Source of the DNA: Octopus bimaculoides
Lineage: Eukaryota
Reading direction: 5' to 3'
Length of the DNA stretch: 63,973 nt
NCBI RefSeq assembly: GCF_001194135.2
Contig: NC_068989.1
Coordinates: 85,845,111-85,909,083 of the forward strand
Positions 1 through 12,400 of the stretch are shown one piece after another. How positions within the stretch are numbered: position 1 is the stretch's first letter; the number at the start of each line of letters is the position of its first letter. The position numbers were made by a program, and so were the translations under genes. The notes beneath the pieces are model-generated. The model made no database searches and had not been told where the DNA came from. It saw only the letters and a program-made list of their open reading frames with translations.

Positions 1-3000
1 TTCAAGATTTCTTGCCAATGGAGAAAGAGCCGCTTTCTAAACTAGATCCAAGGCTCATTCATTGAAATTTCAACAACATCAACAGGATATTTTTGTATGT
101 ATGTATTTGTGCAGAATTGTATGTTTTGTTTTATGTATGTATTCTCATGCACATAGTCGCATGTCTAGACATGCTCACACATACTTAAATAACAAACATT
201 CCACCAGCACTCCTTTTTATTATGAGTGGTTTGGGCTTCTACCATACTATGGGTTCTTATTTCTTTGGCCTAGGGTATTCTTCCGACAGATCTCATCATA
301 CTGTTTACAGTGTCTTAGCCACATCATGTCTTATCAGTAGATAATACCGTGATGTATGTATGTGTGTCATATATATATGTGTATTTATGTAAGTGTGTGC
401 GTGAGCGTGTGTTCTTTAAAAGGTGTGCCAAAAGTCGGGACATGTTACAAAAGTAGCTCAGTTCCACACTTCACTGTTATGCTCAACGTTGTTTGACAAT
501 TATCATGACTGCAGATAGGTTAGTGTAAAAATCACCAAACTAAACAACCTGTCAGTATTTCCACGAACTTCAGGCATAATGAAAGAAACATTACAGTTAA
601 TAGCTTCTCACAGAGGAAGGATAGAGTGAGACACACTATTAGGTATATTAATAGACAACTGTTTAACCTCCAGGTCGCTCGTTGCCAAACGAAATATTAC
701 TTAGTTGAAAATTGAGAAACTGAAGGTAGGCCTTAATTCTATATGCTTCTCCTTTCTAATTGTTCCTACCGTTGACCAACAGGTTTAAAAAATATATTGT
801 TTTCAGCTGTTACCATTCCTTCTGCTAAGCTATTCCAAATGTTTACTGTTCTTGTACGGAATGTTTCTTCACCTTTTGGATAATTTTTTATGGGTAAAAT
901 TTTCACAGTATCCCCACTGTGTTATATTTACCTGAGATCCTACTTCAAAGGTGATGCAATAACTAAAATCCTTTTCATAGTGTTCATTAACCCACATCTG
1001 TTCCCTCACCGATTTTGTTTTCTCATAACTTCCGGAAAAATTAATATTTTGCAATGAAGTTTTCTGTAAATACGTCTCAGATGGTGTAGATCCCAATTAT
1101 ATCGGAATTAGTTGTGAAAAAAAAGTTTTTCTGTGGGTGGGAAGAGGAGTTTCGGAAAATTCAAACGAGTTGATTTTGTTTCCTCATAGCTTTCAGAAAA
1201 ATGAGTATTTTTAAAGAAATTTCCCACAAATAGAGTCTGTAAATTATGAATATATTGGAATTTGATGTGAAAAGAAAAATAGTGAGCATGCACATATACT
1301 GACAGACGTCACAATTTCTTTCGAAATTTCATTTTGTAGGTATAGAAAGAAGTGCTGAAAGGTTCCTGGCTTTGGGTAAAAGAAAATACAGGAGGATCAG
1401 TTAATTATGATTTTATTCAACATATCCCCTTCTCAGATTCACACACTTATTGCAGCAGTCCTTCAGTTCTAAGCCTTGTAAAAAAAACTCGGAAAGTTGG
1501 GCCACCAATCAGGCCTTTCGTGTAGTTCCATCGCGTGACTTTTAGAGACCCCTTGCACTTTTTTGTTTCGAGGCCCCATTCCTTCAATCAAAATTCATAA
1601 CCTATGCACCTTTTGTTCATAGCTTTATTTTACTTTATTCTATCTAAAGTTCAGTATTTCACGTTATCATAAAGAACATCTTTAAAAGTACAAGTTAAAT
1701 TTATTTAGGTCCATTACAATTTCAATAAGTAAAACTTCCAGATATGAATAAAAGAACACTTTTATGATCCAGGCAACTTTCAAAGACAAACACGGCGCAC
1801 TTTTCGCTTTGCGAAATCATCGATCAGTTCAGAATAATCAAGGTAAGAGCTAAGTTCGTGTTCAATAGATATCAGAAACAGGTGAGTTTTTCAAAACTAA
1901 AACTGATGAAGAAAACACAGCTACGGTCAACAGTTTTACGAGATAGACCAAATAATTTGGCGAAAATGACATTACAAAAGATAATTTACTTTGAAATGAT
2001 TTTGAAAGACTTCTCAGATAAAAAGTCAGAAAAGTCTGATTTTAAAAAGCCTATTCACAAACAGTAAGAGGTGGGGAAATTTAGTAACCGGGGCAAAATG
2101 AGTAACTTCTTATTTCTCGTTATTTCCCTCCTACTTTTTAAAATTATTAAATTGCAAGTATTCGATCAGCATTTTGTACAAATTGGTCAGCATAGTTGTT
2201 GTTGTTGAAGTTGAACGAGTCCGTAACATGGGTGGCAGGTCCTAATTTTTCAAGAAAATGTTCCTCAACTTTGACACGATTGTAATTGAAATTGCTAATA
2301 AAATATCTGGATAATTTTTGGTGTTTAACAATCAATATTTTTTTCTTTGTTAGATTCCAAGTCAATTTTTTTCCTCACACTAATGTCTAATTTGATAATT
2401 TTCAAGTTTCAAAAAATGTCTAAAATGGGGTAAAATGAGTAAAGACTAACTTCGATAATTTCTTCTCTTTAACTACATGGTATGCAAATATATTACGAGG
2501 ATACTAGCGAATCGTGAAGAAGCTATAGAGAATATTTTCTGCTGTGTTCTTTTTTTTTATCTAGTCGAGCTTCGTTAATTTCATATCATGTGCCATTTTT
2601 CCTTGACTCTCATTTATTTGACCTAGATATATATTTATTGCATTTCTTCTGATCTTTCTGATGTCTAGAGATGGATATTGATGTGTATGAGTCTGTTTTC
2701 TGGAGAACTAAAGTGGCAAATTTACATGATCTTGTCTTGCTCATTTTGTCCCAGCCAAATTTGGTTTTTTATATGCTCAAAGAGAACGGCAATGATTCTC
2801 TGAAATAGGGATTAGATTATGTTATAATGGTTTTTATGCATTTAGGAAAGGCCATTTGCTTAGCTGATATAATTTTTGTAAGGGAGTGAATATTTGCAAA
2901 AAATATATTTTGTCTCAAAGTCAAAAATGCAGAAAGAACACCTCATTTTGCTACTCGTCCATATCAGTAACTATCTTGACTTATAATAAAACATTAAAAA

Positions 3001-3402
3001 AACTTTCATGTGAGATTTCAATTTTTAATATACCATTGTGGTTAATGGGGGAGCCTCAAGCCCTCAACGCTTTTTGGCAAGGACTGGCGTACTACACGAT
3101 GCATAAATCATCAATCTTCAGCTTTTGTAGAGTAGAGGGCCTCATTAACATTTCTTTAATTGGGCCCCGCACTTTCTAGCCTCGGCCCTGGTCTCCCTCA
3201 CACTATATTTTATCTAAAAATCAGGACACTGAATATCGTGGTCTAACGGTATAGTCACCAATGGAACACCTTTGATCACATGTATGTTCGAAATATAATA
3301 ACCCGGGAGCTTTAACAGTAACCACAACAACAAGGCTGTCTGTACTTCCTCTCTCTCTATCTCTCTCTTTCTTCCTCTCTCTCTCTCTTTCAGCTTTCTT
3401 AC

Positions 3403-3453
3403 CGACCGGAAACCTATATAATTCAGACATGCGCGTTGTAAGCTTCTGTCCAT
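3403..3453 (-). CDS. Probable first coding exon of an unidentified divergently transcribed gene (MDRSLQRACLNYIGFRS)
   Basis: Minus strand reads GCCACC-ATG-G (ideal Kozak), 17 open codons, then TCG|GTAAGA donor (phase 0). No downstream exon could be identified. Confidence 0.55.
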
Positions 3454-3601
3454 GGTGGCTGAATGTCGCAATTAAGCGTAATTTGCGGCTTAACTTTTAC
3501 ATATAAAAGATATATAAACAACATTATACACACAGATATATATACACATATATAAAGAAAGATAGATAGATATATATATATTTATATTTTTTCTATTTAA
3601 C

Positions 3602-3646
3602 TCAGTTTTCTCAGCCCATGGAACATTAGTGAACCGTGAGAGAGGG
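3602..3646 (+). promoter_or_regulatory. TRRAP: Putative TRRAP Inr (TCAGTT) and non-coding exon 1
   Basis: TCAGTT at 3602-3607 fits the TCAKTY initiator. Donor GGG|GTAAGC at 3646/3647. The next exon starts at acceptor ttttgtcag|G 6379, 20 nt before the ATG. Confidence 0.5.
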
Positions 3647-4536
3647 GTAAGCCTTGCTTTATCTTATTTAAAATTGTTATTTTGCTTCCCTCAGCCAATT
3701 AATAGACACACATACACGATAAAAACTACACATACACACACGTGTGTATGTGTTTTGATCTTTTTCTTCTTTATATAATTTTTGCATTTGCCTCTTGGGT
3801 GGAAATCTGTCTTTTCGATTCAATTACGTCGTTAACGATTCTTCGAAAAACAAAAAAAAAAAGATCAACATTACATCCCATTCCTCTTCCACCTTCATCT
3901 ACGATTTTCCGATTTTATTGTCTGTTTTAGAAATCAAGAGTATTTTAGACATTTAAAAAGAGAAGAAGAAAAAGCAAGGAAACGTTTTTCATGTCTCGTT
4001 TTGTTTTTGTTCCAGTTTATACATACATATATATCTATATATATACACATATATATAATGTTTTTTTCGATTTTAATTACGTCCCTTTTCTAGCTTTGAG
4101 TTCAAATCCCTTCGTAGATGGACGTTGTTTTACCTTAGAATAAGTACCGCTATGGTACTTCTCTTCATCTCATAGCTCTTCGTCAACCCAAATGTTTGGC
4201 CTTGAGCCAATATAAGAAGCTATTAATACCATACCATAGTTTTTCAGTTTCTCTTTTATCCTTCTGGTTTTGGGAGCGGTGGAGTCGATAAAATGAAACG
4301 TTACCTATCATGTACTGAGGTAAAAGTAGCCATCTATTCGACTGTGCTCTCTCCTTCCTCAAATTTTTGGACTTGTGCCGATATTCCAACGGAATTTGAA
4401 CTCGGAATGTAACGAGCCGGAAGAAATGCTGCTATGTATTTTGTCCGGCGTGCTAACGATTCTGTCACATCGTCTCCATAAAATTTCAAGCCTTATGCCT
4501 ATAGTAGAAATAATAATAATAATAATTATTATTATT

Positions 4537-5560
4537 ATCGGCGACCAACCAGTAGAATCATTAGCACACTGGACAAAATGCTTAGCGGCAATTCTTCCGG
4601 CTTTACGTCCTGAGTTCGACTGTCAAAGTCAGTTTTGTCTTTCATCCTTTCGGGATCGATCAAATAAGTACCAGTTGAGCACTGGGGTCGATGAAATCGA
4701 CTAGTCCTCTCTACCAAAATTTCAGGCCTTGTGCTGCCTGTAGAAGAAAGGATTGTTATTATCTTTGGCGTTCAGCTACCAGAACCAATTAGCGTATTGG
4801 ACAAAATGCTTAGTGACATTTCTTGTGGCTCTTTACATGCCGAGTTCATCCTCTCGGGGTCGATAAAATGAAGTACCAATCAAATTTCAAGCCTTGTGCC
4901 TGAATTAGAAACAAGGGCCGCGAGCCAGTAGAACAGTGGTTCCCAAACTATTTCAAGCTGCTGCCCCCTTGACACCCAGGCCACATTCCGAGCGCCCCCA
5001 ACTAACCATCACAAACATATACCTCTTTCTGTTCTGAAACAAATTCAAAGCAACTGAATATCACAAATAAAACCTTACCTAATGAACCCATTATTTTGTT
5101 GTTTTTACATGAATTGCTACCCCATTATCGTTCCACTTTTCTTCAACGCCCCCAGGGGATGCAATACCGCCTGCTTTGGAAACCACTGTGGTAGAATCGT
5201 TAACACGCCGGATAAAATGCTTTGCAACATTTCTTCTGGCTGTATCTTTTGAGTTCAAATTCTGCCGAGGTTGACTTCGCTTTTTCATCCTTTCAGGAGT
5301 CAATAAAATTAATACCACTCAAATACTGGATTTTCTTCCTCCCACTGAAATTGCTGACCTTGTACAAAAATATGAAACAATTATTATTATGGGTATTGAG
5401 CTGGTAAAATCGTTAATACATCAGACAGAATGCTTTGCAATATTCTGAGATCAACTTTGCATTTGATCTTTTCATTGTCTGTAAAATAAGTACCAGTGAA
5501 TTACTGGTATCAATGTAAGGGATTAATCACCTGTCTTAAAAACTGCTGGCCCTTGTGTAT
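4537..5560 (+). mobile_element. Cluster of about four degenerate tRNA-derived SINE copies (family B: head GGCGGCGAGCTGGCAGAATCGTTAGCAC, tail TAAGTACCAG...GGGGTCGAT)
   Basis: Repeated blocks at ~4537, ~4770, ~4915/5190 and ~5395 resemble the better-preserved copy at 60231-60415. Confidence 0.75.
4934..5188. mobile_element. hAT-type MITE
   Basis: TIR CAGTGGTTCCCAAA...TTTGGAAACCACTG; 8-bp flanks CAGTAGAA/TGGTAGAA. Confidence 0.8.
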
Positions 5561-6398
5561 ATATTAGAAATAATTGTTGTTTAGCTCCATCTAAGCTCTG
5601 ATTCAACAGATCTCCTCTCAGAGCTGTTCCACCATCACTATTCTGTCTTTTATTCAGGCATGGTATATCTAGAACAGCTTTATCTAAAACAGTGGAGTCA
5701 CAGTCAGAAACAATTAAGGAATAGCTGGAGTCGGAGTCCGTAAAACTATACCGACTCCGACTCACAATATCTTTATTCTTTAATATAAACCAGTTATAAC
5801 ATATAGGCCTACTCAAAGTACAAGCATATGCATAATGAGATATGGAGACCAAAATCATTTAATTGCATATAGAAGAGTCAAAGATTTTTTTCCGACTCCA
5901 CAGCTCTGGTCATGTTAAAACTTGTGCAACAGATTGATTATACTTTTACACTGCACAAAATAACTTAACAATTTTTTAATATAATTCCTAATATTTAATT
6001 ATAAAAATATAATAGTATTTTTTAAACACTGAATAGCTATGTGGGTTCACCCAAGTAAAATAGAAATCAAAGAGATTCATAAGTAAAAAAATGATTGAGA
6101 AACCCTGATTTAATGTGTCCTTTGTGGTGGTTGTTTAGCTCTAGTTCCAGGCCAGCCCTAATCTGGAAGGCTTACGACCTAATGTGTTTCACCCATATCC
6201 ATCAATCTTTTATCCTGACGTAGTGTATCTAGGTCTTATTTACTTGATATACTCTTTCTTCAACATAGTAGGATGTGATNNNNNNNNNNAGCAATTACCT
6301 CTTGTGATAGGACATTAGGGTTGCATATGTCTGGTTTGAATGCTAAACGGTTAATGTTGTTTTCTTTCTTTTTGTCAGGTGATATTTTAATTGCTGAA

Positions 6399-6495
6399 AT
6401 GATGCTGGCCCCCTCGATGAATCCACATGATGCTGCAGCTCAGATGACTACAGTGAAGTCATACATAGCTTTAATTGCGGACCCTACACCTGCAA
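6399..6495 (+). CDS. TRRAP: TRRAP coding exon 1
   Basis: MMLAPSMNPHDAAAQMTTVKSYIALIADPTPA; donor A|gtaggt, phase 1. Confidence 0.85.
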
Positions 6496-9400
6496 GTAGG
6501 TTTCTCTCTTTATCTTCACCTTTTTCCTTTTTATTTTTTATTCCTATTCTTTATGAAGGGGGCTGAAAAATTACTGGCTTTGGGTAAAAAAAAAATACAG
6601 GAGGATCAGTTAAATATGATTTTATTCAACATAATCCCCTCTCAAATTCGCACTTATTGCAGCAGTCCTTCAGTTTTTTTAAGCCCTGTAAAAGAGCTCG
6701 AAAAGTTGGGCCTCCAACCAGGGTTTTTGCAATATCCTTAAAACCAAGAACTTTACAGCAACCCCTTGTATATTATCACTGAGTTTGGTTTCATAATCCA
6801 TTTACTTGATATTTATTACTACTTCGATCCTTGTAAGTAACCCATCTAAAAGTCATGGGCCTCAAGTGGACATTTCACAATCCTGTACTAACTGGAGTAT
6901 AAGTTGTAAACTTCATGTAGGAAAAGATATTAGATGTGTGTTGTTGATAGGTTGGTAACATGGTACCTAGAGTGGTATTAAAAGGGTTAACCGCTACACA
7001 CTGTTCTTAATTGTGTTGTACAGTTGTTCTCATGAGTGAGTTACATCAACTCCACTGTTCAACTGGTGCTTATTTTATCAAACCCAAAAAGACGAAAGGC
7101 AAAATCGACCTCTGCAGAATTTGAATCCAGAATGTCGCCAAGCATTTTGCCTGGTGTGCTAAAAATTCTGCCAACTTGCTGTCTTGCAAAAAAAAAAATA
7201 AATAAATAAATAATAGAAAAAAACCTACAGTTTTGTAGACCTGTCTGACCTATATCAGTAGGGAAAAAATGGTTCATTAAAATAAAGAAGATAATGGCTG
7301 TTATATTGATAATGATGATTCTAACATCCATAATGATAGATAAGTCTTGATCGACAATAATTCTATGAAGTAACATAATTGTGCATTCCTCTTCAACTAA
7401 TTCCAGAAATGGAAACTGATATGGTGAATTTTAAATGACAAGATTGTGTAGCAGAATGATGACAACTGACTAGTGAATCATCTCCTAGTGATACAGCCAT
7501 CAGTTTTCCCATTTATTGGTTGAGAACGTTGGTTTAGTATCTTCTAGTTGAGGTTGTTGTGATTATTAGCTGATAAGATCTGACTGCTACTTGCTTCCTT
7601 CTCTCATACTAACTACTCTACACTGCTGGATGTATCAAGTGAGAGGGTGGCTCTCTCAATCATTTTAATAAATGCTCCCTAATATCCTGAGCCACCTTGG
7701 TTAATGCTCCCCTCTCAGCTGAAGTTTTATGTGGTACTGGCATGGGTGCTTTCACGTGGTACTGGCACAGATGCATTTATGTGGTACTGGCATGGGTGCT
7801 TTTATGTGGTACTGGCATGGGCGCTTTCATGTGGTACTAGCACAGATGCTTTTATGAGGTACTGGCACGGGCGCTTTTACGTGGTATTGGCACAGATGCT
7901 TTTATGTTGTACTGGCATGGGCGCTTTTATGTGGCACTGTATGGGCACTTTTACGTGGTACTGGCACGGGCACTTTTACGTGGTACTGACACGAGTGCTT
8001 TCACGTGGTACTGGCATGGGAGCTTTTATGTGGTACTGGCACGGGAGCTTTCACATGGTACTGGCATGGGTGCTTTCACGTGGTACTGGCATGGGTGCTT
8101 TCATGTGGTGCTTGTCTTTGGCACTGACACCCACAAGCCTGCATGACTAGAATCTCTCAGCTGAGAGAGGAACAAAGAAGACATGTATGTATGTATGAAA
8201 ACCAGCCAACTACTTCATCTCTTACTAATTTGGCAAACACACAAGTCAGAAATGGGACAGAGGGGCTTTTGCAAATATTGAAACCTTGTCTGATGAAGGA
8301 TGCACTACATAGTATAGATTAACAGCTAGTAACTTCAGACTCGGATCTTGGCAACCCACAAAGACAACACAGAGGGGGAAGATATAGAAACTAAAATATC
8401 ATGCCAATTAGGAGTAGATTTGGAGAAATTCTAATTGAAGCGTATGTCTGAAGGGTTTTAGTAAGTAGGAAAGAGGAGAGGACCCTGATATTAGTTAAGA
8501 GTTAGTGACAGGAAAGGATCCAATCATAAAGTCACAAATTTCATTGAAGTGCAGGCTAGCATAGAAAAACAGACCTTTATTTTGGTTTGATTTTTTCTTC
8601 TTATTTATATTTTGTTGAATTTCTCTTATAGTTGTTGAAAAGAAACTAAAAGCTGCTCAAGAACTCAGTGAAAATTTTGAGGTAAGTGATAATGAAAATA
8701 TTTTAACATAGGGGAGTGGCTGTGTGGTAAGTAGCTTGCTTACCAACCACATGGTTCCGGGTTCAGTCCCAGTGCGTGGCACCTTTGGGCAAGTGTCTTC
8801 TACTATATCCTAGTGCTCACCAAAGCTTTGTGAGTGGAGTTGGCAGACAGAAACCGAAAGAAGCCCATCGTATATATGTGTATGTATTTATTTGTGTGTT
8901 TGTTTGTCTCCACAACATCGCTTAACAACCGATGCTGGTGTGTTTACATCCCCATAACTTAGCGTTAGAATGTTAGAATAAGTACTAGGCTTACAAAAAA
9001 TAAGTCCTGGGGTCGATTTTCTCGACTAAAGGCGGTGCTCCAGCATGGCCGCAGTCAAATGACTGAAACAAGTAAAAGAATAGTTTACCTAGCACCTGAG
9101 AAATAGCTGTTGTTATGTGAAGGCCTTTGATCATTTCTATGTAATAGCAACAGCATTAAAGTAGGGCCTCTTGTTGCTTTAATCTCCCCAGACAATAGTA
9201 ATGGGATTTAGAATGATAAAATGTAATTTTCCCAGTCAAAAGTTAAAATTTTTACTGTATTCTTATTGTGGTACTTTCTAATGAAGATTTGTTGTATATT
9301 TTGGTCTACCTGAAAAGATACAGTGTTATAAGTTCCAATCTTACTACGCCTCATTTCTGAATTCACTGTATTTAGTTGGTTCATGAATACTATTCCCTTA

Positions 9401-12400
9401 TAATTCATAGCAGAGTTGTTACTGTCAGAAAGAGGTAATAATTAAAATGTCATCTCACCTGTGCTAGTCTAAAAAAATTTTTTTGATGTTTTGAGAAAGT
9501 CAGTGTTAACATTATTTTGAAAAAGTCAGTGTTAACATTGTTTTGAAAAAGTCAGTGTTAACATTGTTTTGAAAAAGTCAGTGTTAACAATATTAATTCT
9601 TTCGTGACCAATCTGGTTGAATCCGGCTCTGGCTCTGAGTTCAAATGTTTTATTTACATAAGTTTTGAATTAAAATCTTTCACCAAACCTTAGTCAGAAT
9701 TTATGTTCCTAACACTAGCTGAATGATTAAGTTATTTTACTAAATTCTTTGTTATATTTAAAGTAATTGAAAGAAACACAGAGCATCTCAAATTAAATAT
9801 AGTAACGAAAGGGTTAATGAAAACAGATATATTTTTCAGCATATAAAAGAGACATGTCTAGAGATAATTTGATTTTGTCCTTGCTGAAGTATTGACAAAT
9901 GAATTACTAAATATGCCAGATTGTCCATTTATTAATATAGGAAAATATTACTCTCTAGAAATGAAATAATTCTGGCTCATATTCCATCAATGTATTCCCC
10001 TTCATCAAAGGATTGTACTCCTCTTTGCAGTAATATACTGCTCTATACAGGATTGTACGACCCATTTTGAGAGTGGCTGAGTTCCTTTCAAGTGTTGGGC
10101 CTCACTGAAGCAATGGCCAAGACCTTTGGCATTATGTTGTGCTACAGAAGAAAACCCATCAAGCCAAGCAAAATCGCAGTCGTGGCAGATATCAGTGTCA
10201 CGCAAATGGCACGTAAAAGCACTCATTACACTCTTGGAGTGGTTGGTGTCAGGAAGGGCATCCAGCTGTAGAAAACCATACCAAATCAAACTGGAGTCTG
10301 GTGCAGCCTTCCAGTGTGCCAGCCCAGTCAAACCGTCTAACCCATGCCAGCATGGACAACAGACGTTAAATTATGATTCCTTTACCTAGTGAGTGTCAAG
10401 GAGTCAAATTAGCTAATTCACTGACTGACATTCCATGAATGATTTATTCTCTTTCTCTTTATTTCAGAGTATAGTTATTTCTCCACAGTATCCACAATTT
10501 TTACAAGATGCTCTTAGAGTATTTCTTAAGATTCTGGATGAAGGGGAGCCACATTTTGTGGCTGAACAGAATATGCAGGTGAGTTATAGTTATGACTCTG
10601 TGTGTATGTGTATGCAGACACAAGTGTTTTGTCTGCGTGGGTGTATGGATGTACATATGTGTTTGTGTGTATACATATATATATATATGTACACACACAC
10701 ACACACATGTATATTTATTTTTATATAAAGTTGTATTTACATGTGTATATAGTGTTGTTTAATCTTTGATGGTATATTGACTATGAACTATTTTATGGTG
10801 AAAGACACTGCATTGTTGACAAGATTGAAAAGACTGCAGGTAGTCACTTTCTGCTTCAGCCAAACCCTCATTATCTTCAAATTCCACTTAAGGCGGAAGG
10901 TGAGAGAAAAGAGGGAGGTGCCAATCTCAAGTGAATTTGCTGAAAGTTGGGTAAAAATAATGAGTTTACTCTTTGCATGTGCACGTAGACTATAGAACAG
11001 TTGAAGGAAGCCACTTACTCTCTGTAATCAATGAAGTTCCTTGAGATTCACTTCTGGTAGCTGTCTTCCAACTGGACTTCTTACTCCATTCCTTTGTACA
11101 TTGTTATTTTCTATAATTGATTCTATGTCACTGCCCCTGCCAACTGTTTTTATAATTTGTTCTTGTAATGTCCACATATTTGTCACCCTTGTGGCAAATT
11201 ATAATGAGTTATCATTGTAGGGGCAGTGGGCTGGCAGTAATTAAAGCTTTGGACAAAATACCTCGCAGTATTTCTTTTGGCTCTTTATGTTCAGACTTCA
11301 AAACCTGCCAAAATCAACTTTGTAGTTCATCATTTCTTTTTCTTTCTTTTTTTTTTTGTGGTGGAGGAGGAATCAATAAAATAAAGTATCACTTAAGTAT
11401 ATTGGAGCAATGGTATCAGCTAACCCAGTCCTTCTAAATTTGAGGCCTTTCGTCTATTCTTGGAAGGATTATTATTGTGATTCTCTGTTATTCTTTTTGC
11501 AGCAACTCCGTAAACTGTTGTTGGAAATTATCCACCGAATTCCATGCAACGAGTACCTGAAACGGTACATTCCACAGATCCTTCCTTTGATGTTTAAACT
11601 TCTAAAGGTAATTAATCAAACTCATCAATTCTCTCTTCCAGTTCCTATGTGTTTTTGTTCTCTTCTAATTTAAAAAAAAAAACAAGAAAACAAACACTTC
11701 TGTTCTGGCTTGTTGCACCCCCCCTCTCTCTCTGGGAGTTTCAGCTGGAAAGGTTTGGTAATTTTGGTAATTCAGAAGTGCATATTCTGGTGATGTAGTG
11801 AAAAGTTTGCATACAATTATTGAAAAGCTAATACTATTAACATAATAATATTAATATATTAATTGTCATGTCTTAGAAAGAACTCTTTCGTTATTCTTTT
11901 ATTTCTTTGTGTAGGTTGAAAATGAAGAGAATGTTCTAGTATGTCTCCGGATAATAATGGAGCTTCATCGCCAATATCGGCCACAGATGAATGAAGAGGT
12001 ATGTACGATAATCAGTGGGATTAGAAACCTCCCCTTTGTTATACATGGTGTCCACAAAGACTGTGTACATGGAGTAAATAAAATCATAACATAAACAATT
12101 AAATATAAGAAATAATAATTTCTTAAAGTATGTGTTAATCCTCTTGTACCCAAACTTTGTGGACACCCTGTAGAGTCATAGTGGATGCAAAGTTAAGGTT
12201 CCTCTCCTTACTTCCAAATTACCTGACATTTCTTTGTCAGAACAATGCAAAATTAGTTCGTGACAACATAATGCTGTTAGCGTGAGGAATTATTTAGATG
12301 AATGCAAATTGTAAGACAAAGTTCTGTTGAATGGTCATCTAGGCTGTTTGCACACATGCATCATACATTCTACTTTTCACTCTGAGCAAGAGGCCCTTTG

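Noticed and set aside
318-345. Minus-strand ACTGATAAGAC-ATGA, another partial U2 antisense match
   Set aside because: Only ~9-10 nt, with no upstream C box, terminal stem or downstream D box; compatible with chance.
869-1293. Two minus-strand ORFs sharing SYE(K/E)TKS, considered as exons of the divergent gene
   Set aside because: The shared motif reflects an internal DNA repeat typical of a non-autonomous transposon; no homology and no convincing splice pair.
2072-2450. pogo-like terminal motif GGGGCAAAATGAGTAAC and a 72-aa minus-strand ORF
   Set aside because: No matching inverted end or catalytic motif found; probably a DNA transposon fragment, but not supportable as a feature.
7704-8150. 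148-aa and 80-aa Trp/Tyr/Gly-rich ORFs
   Set aside because: Translations of the 25-bp minisatellite.
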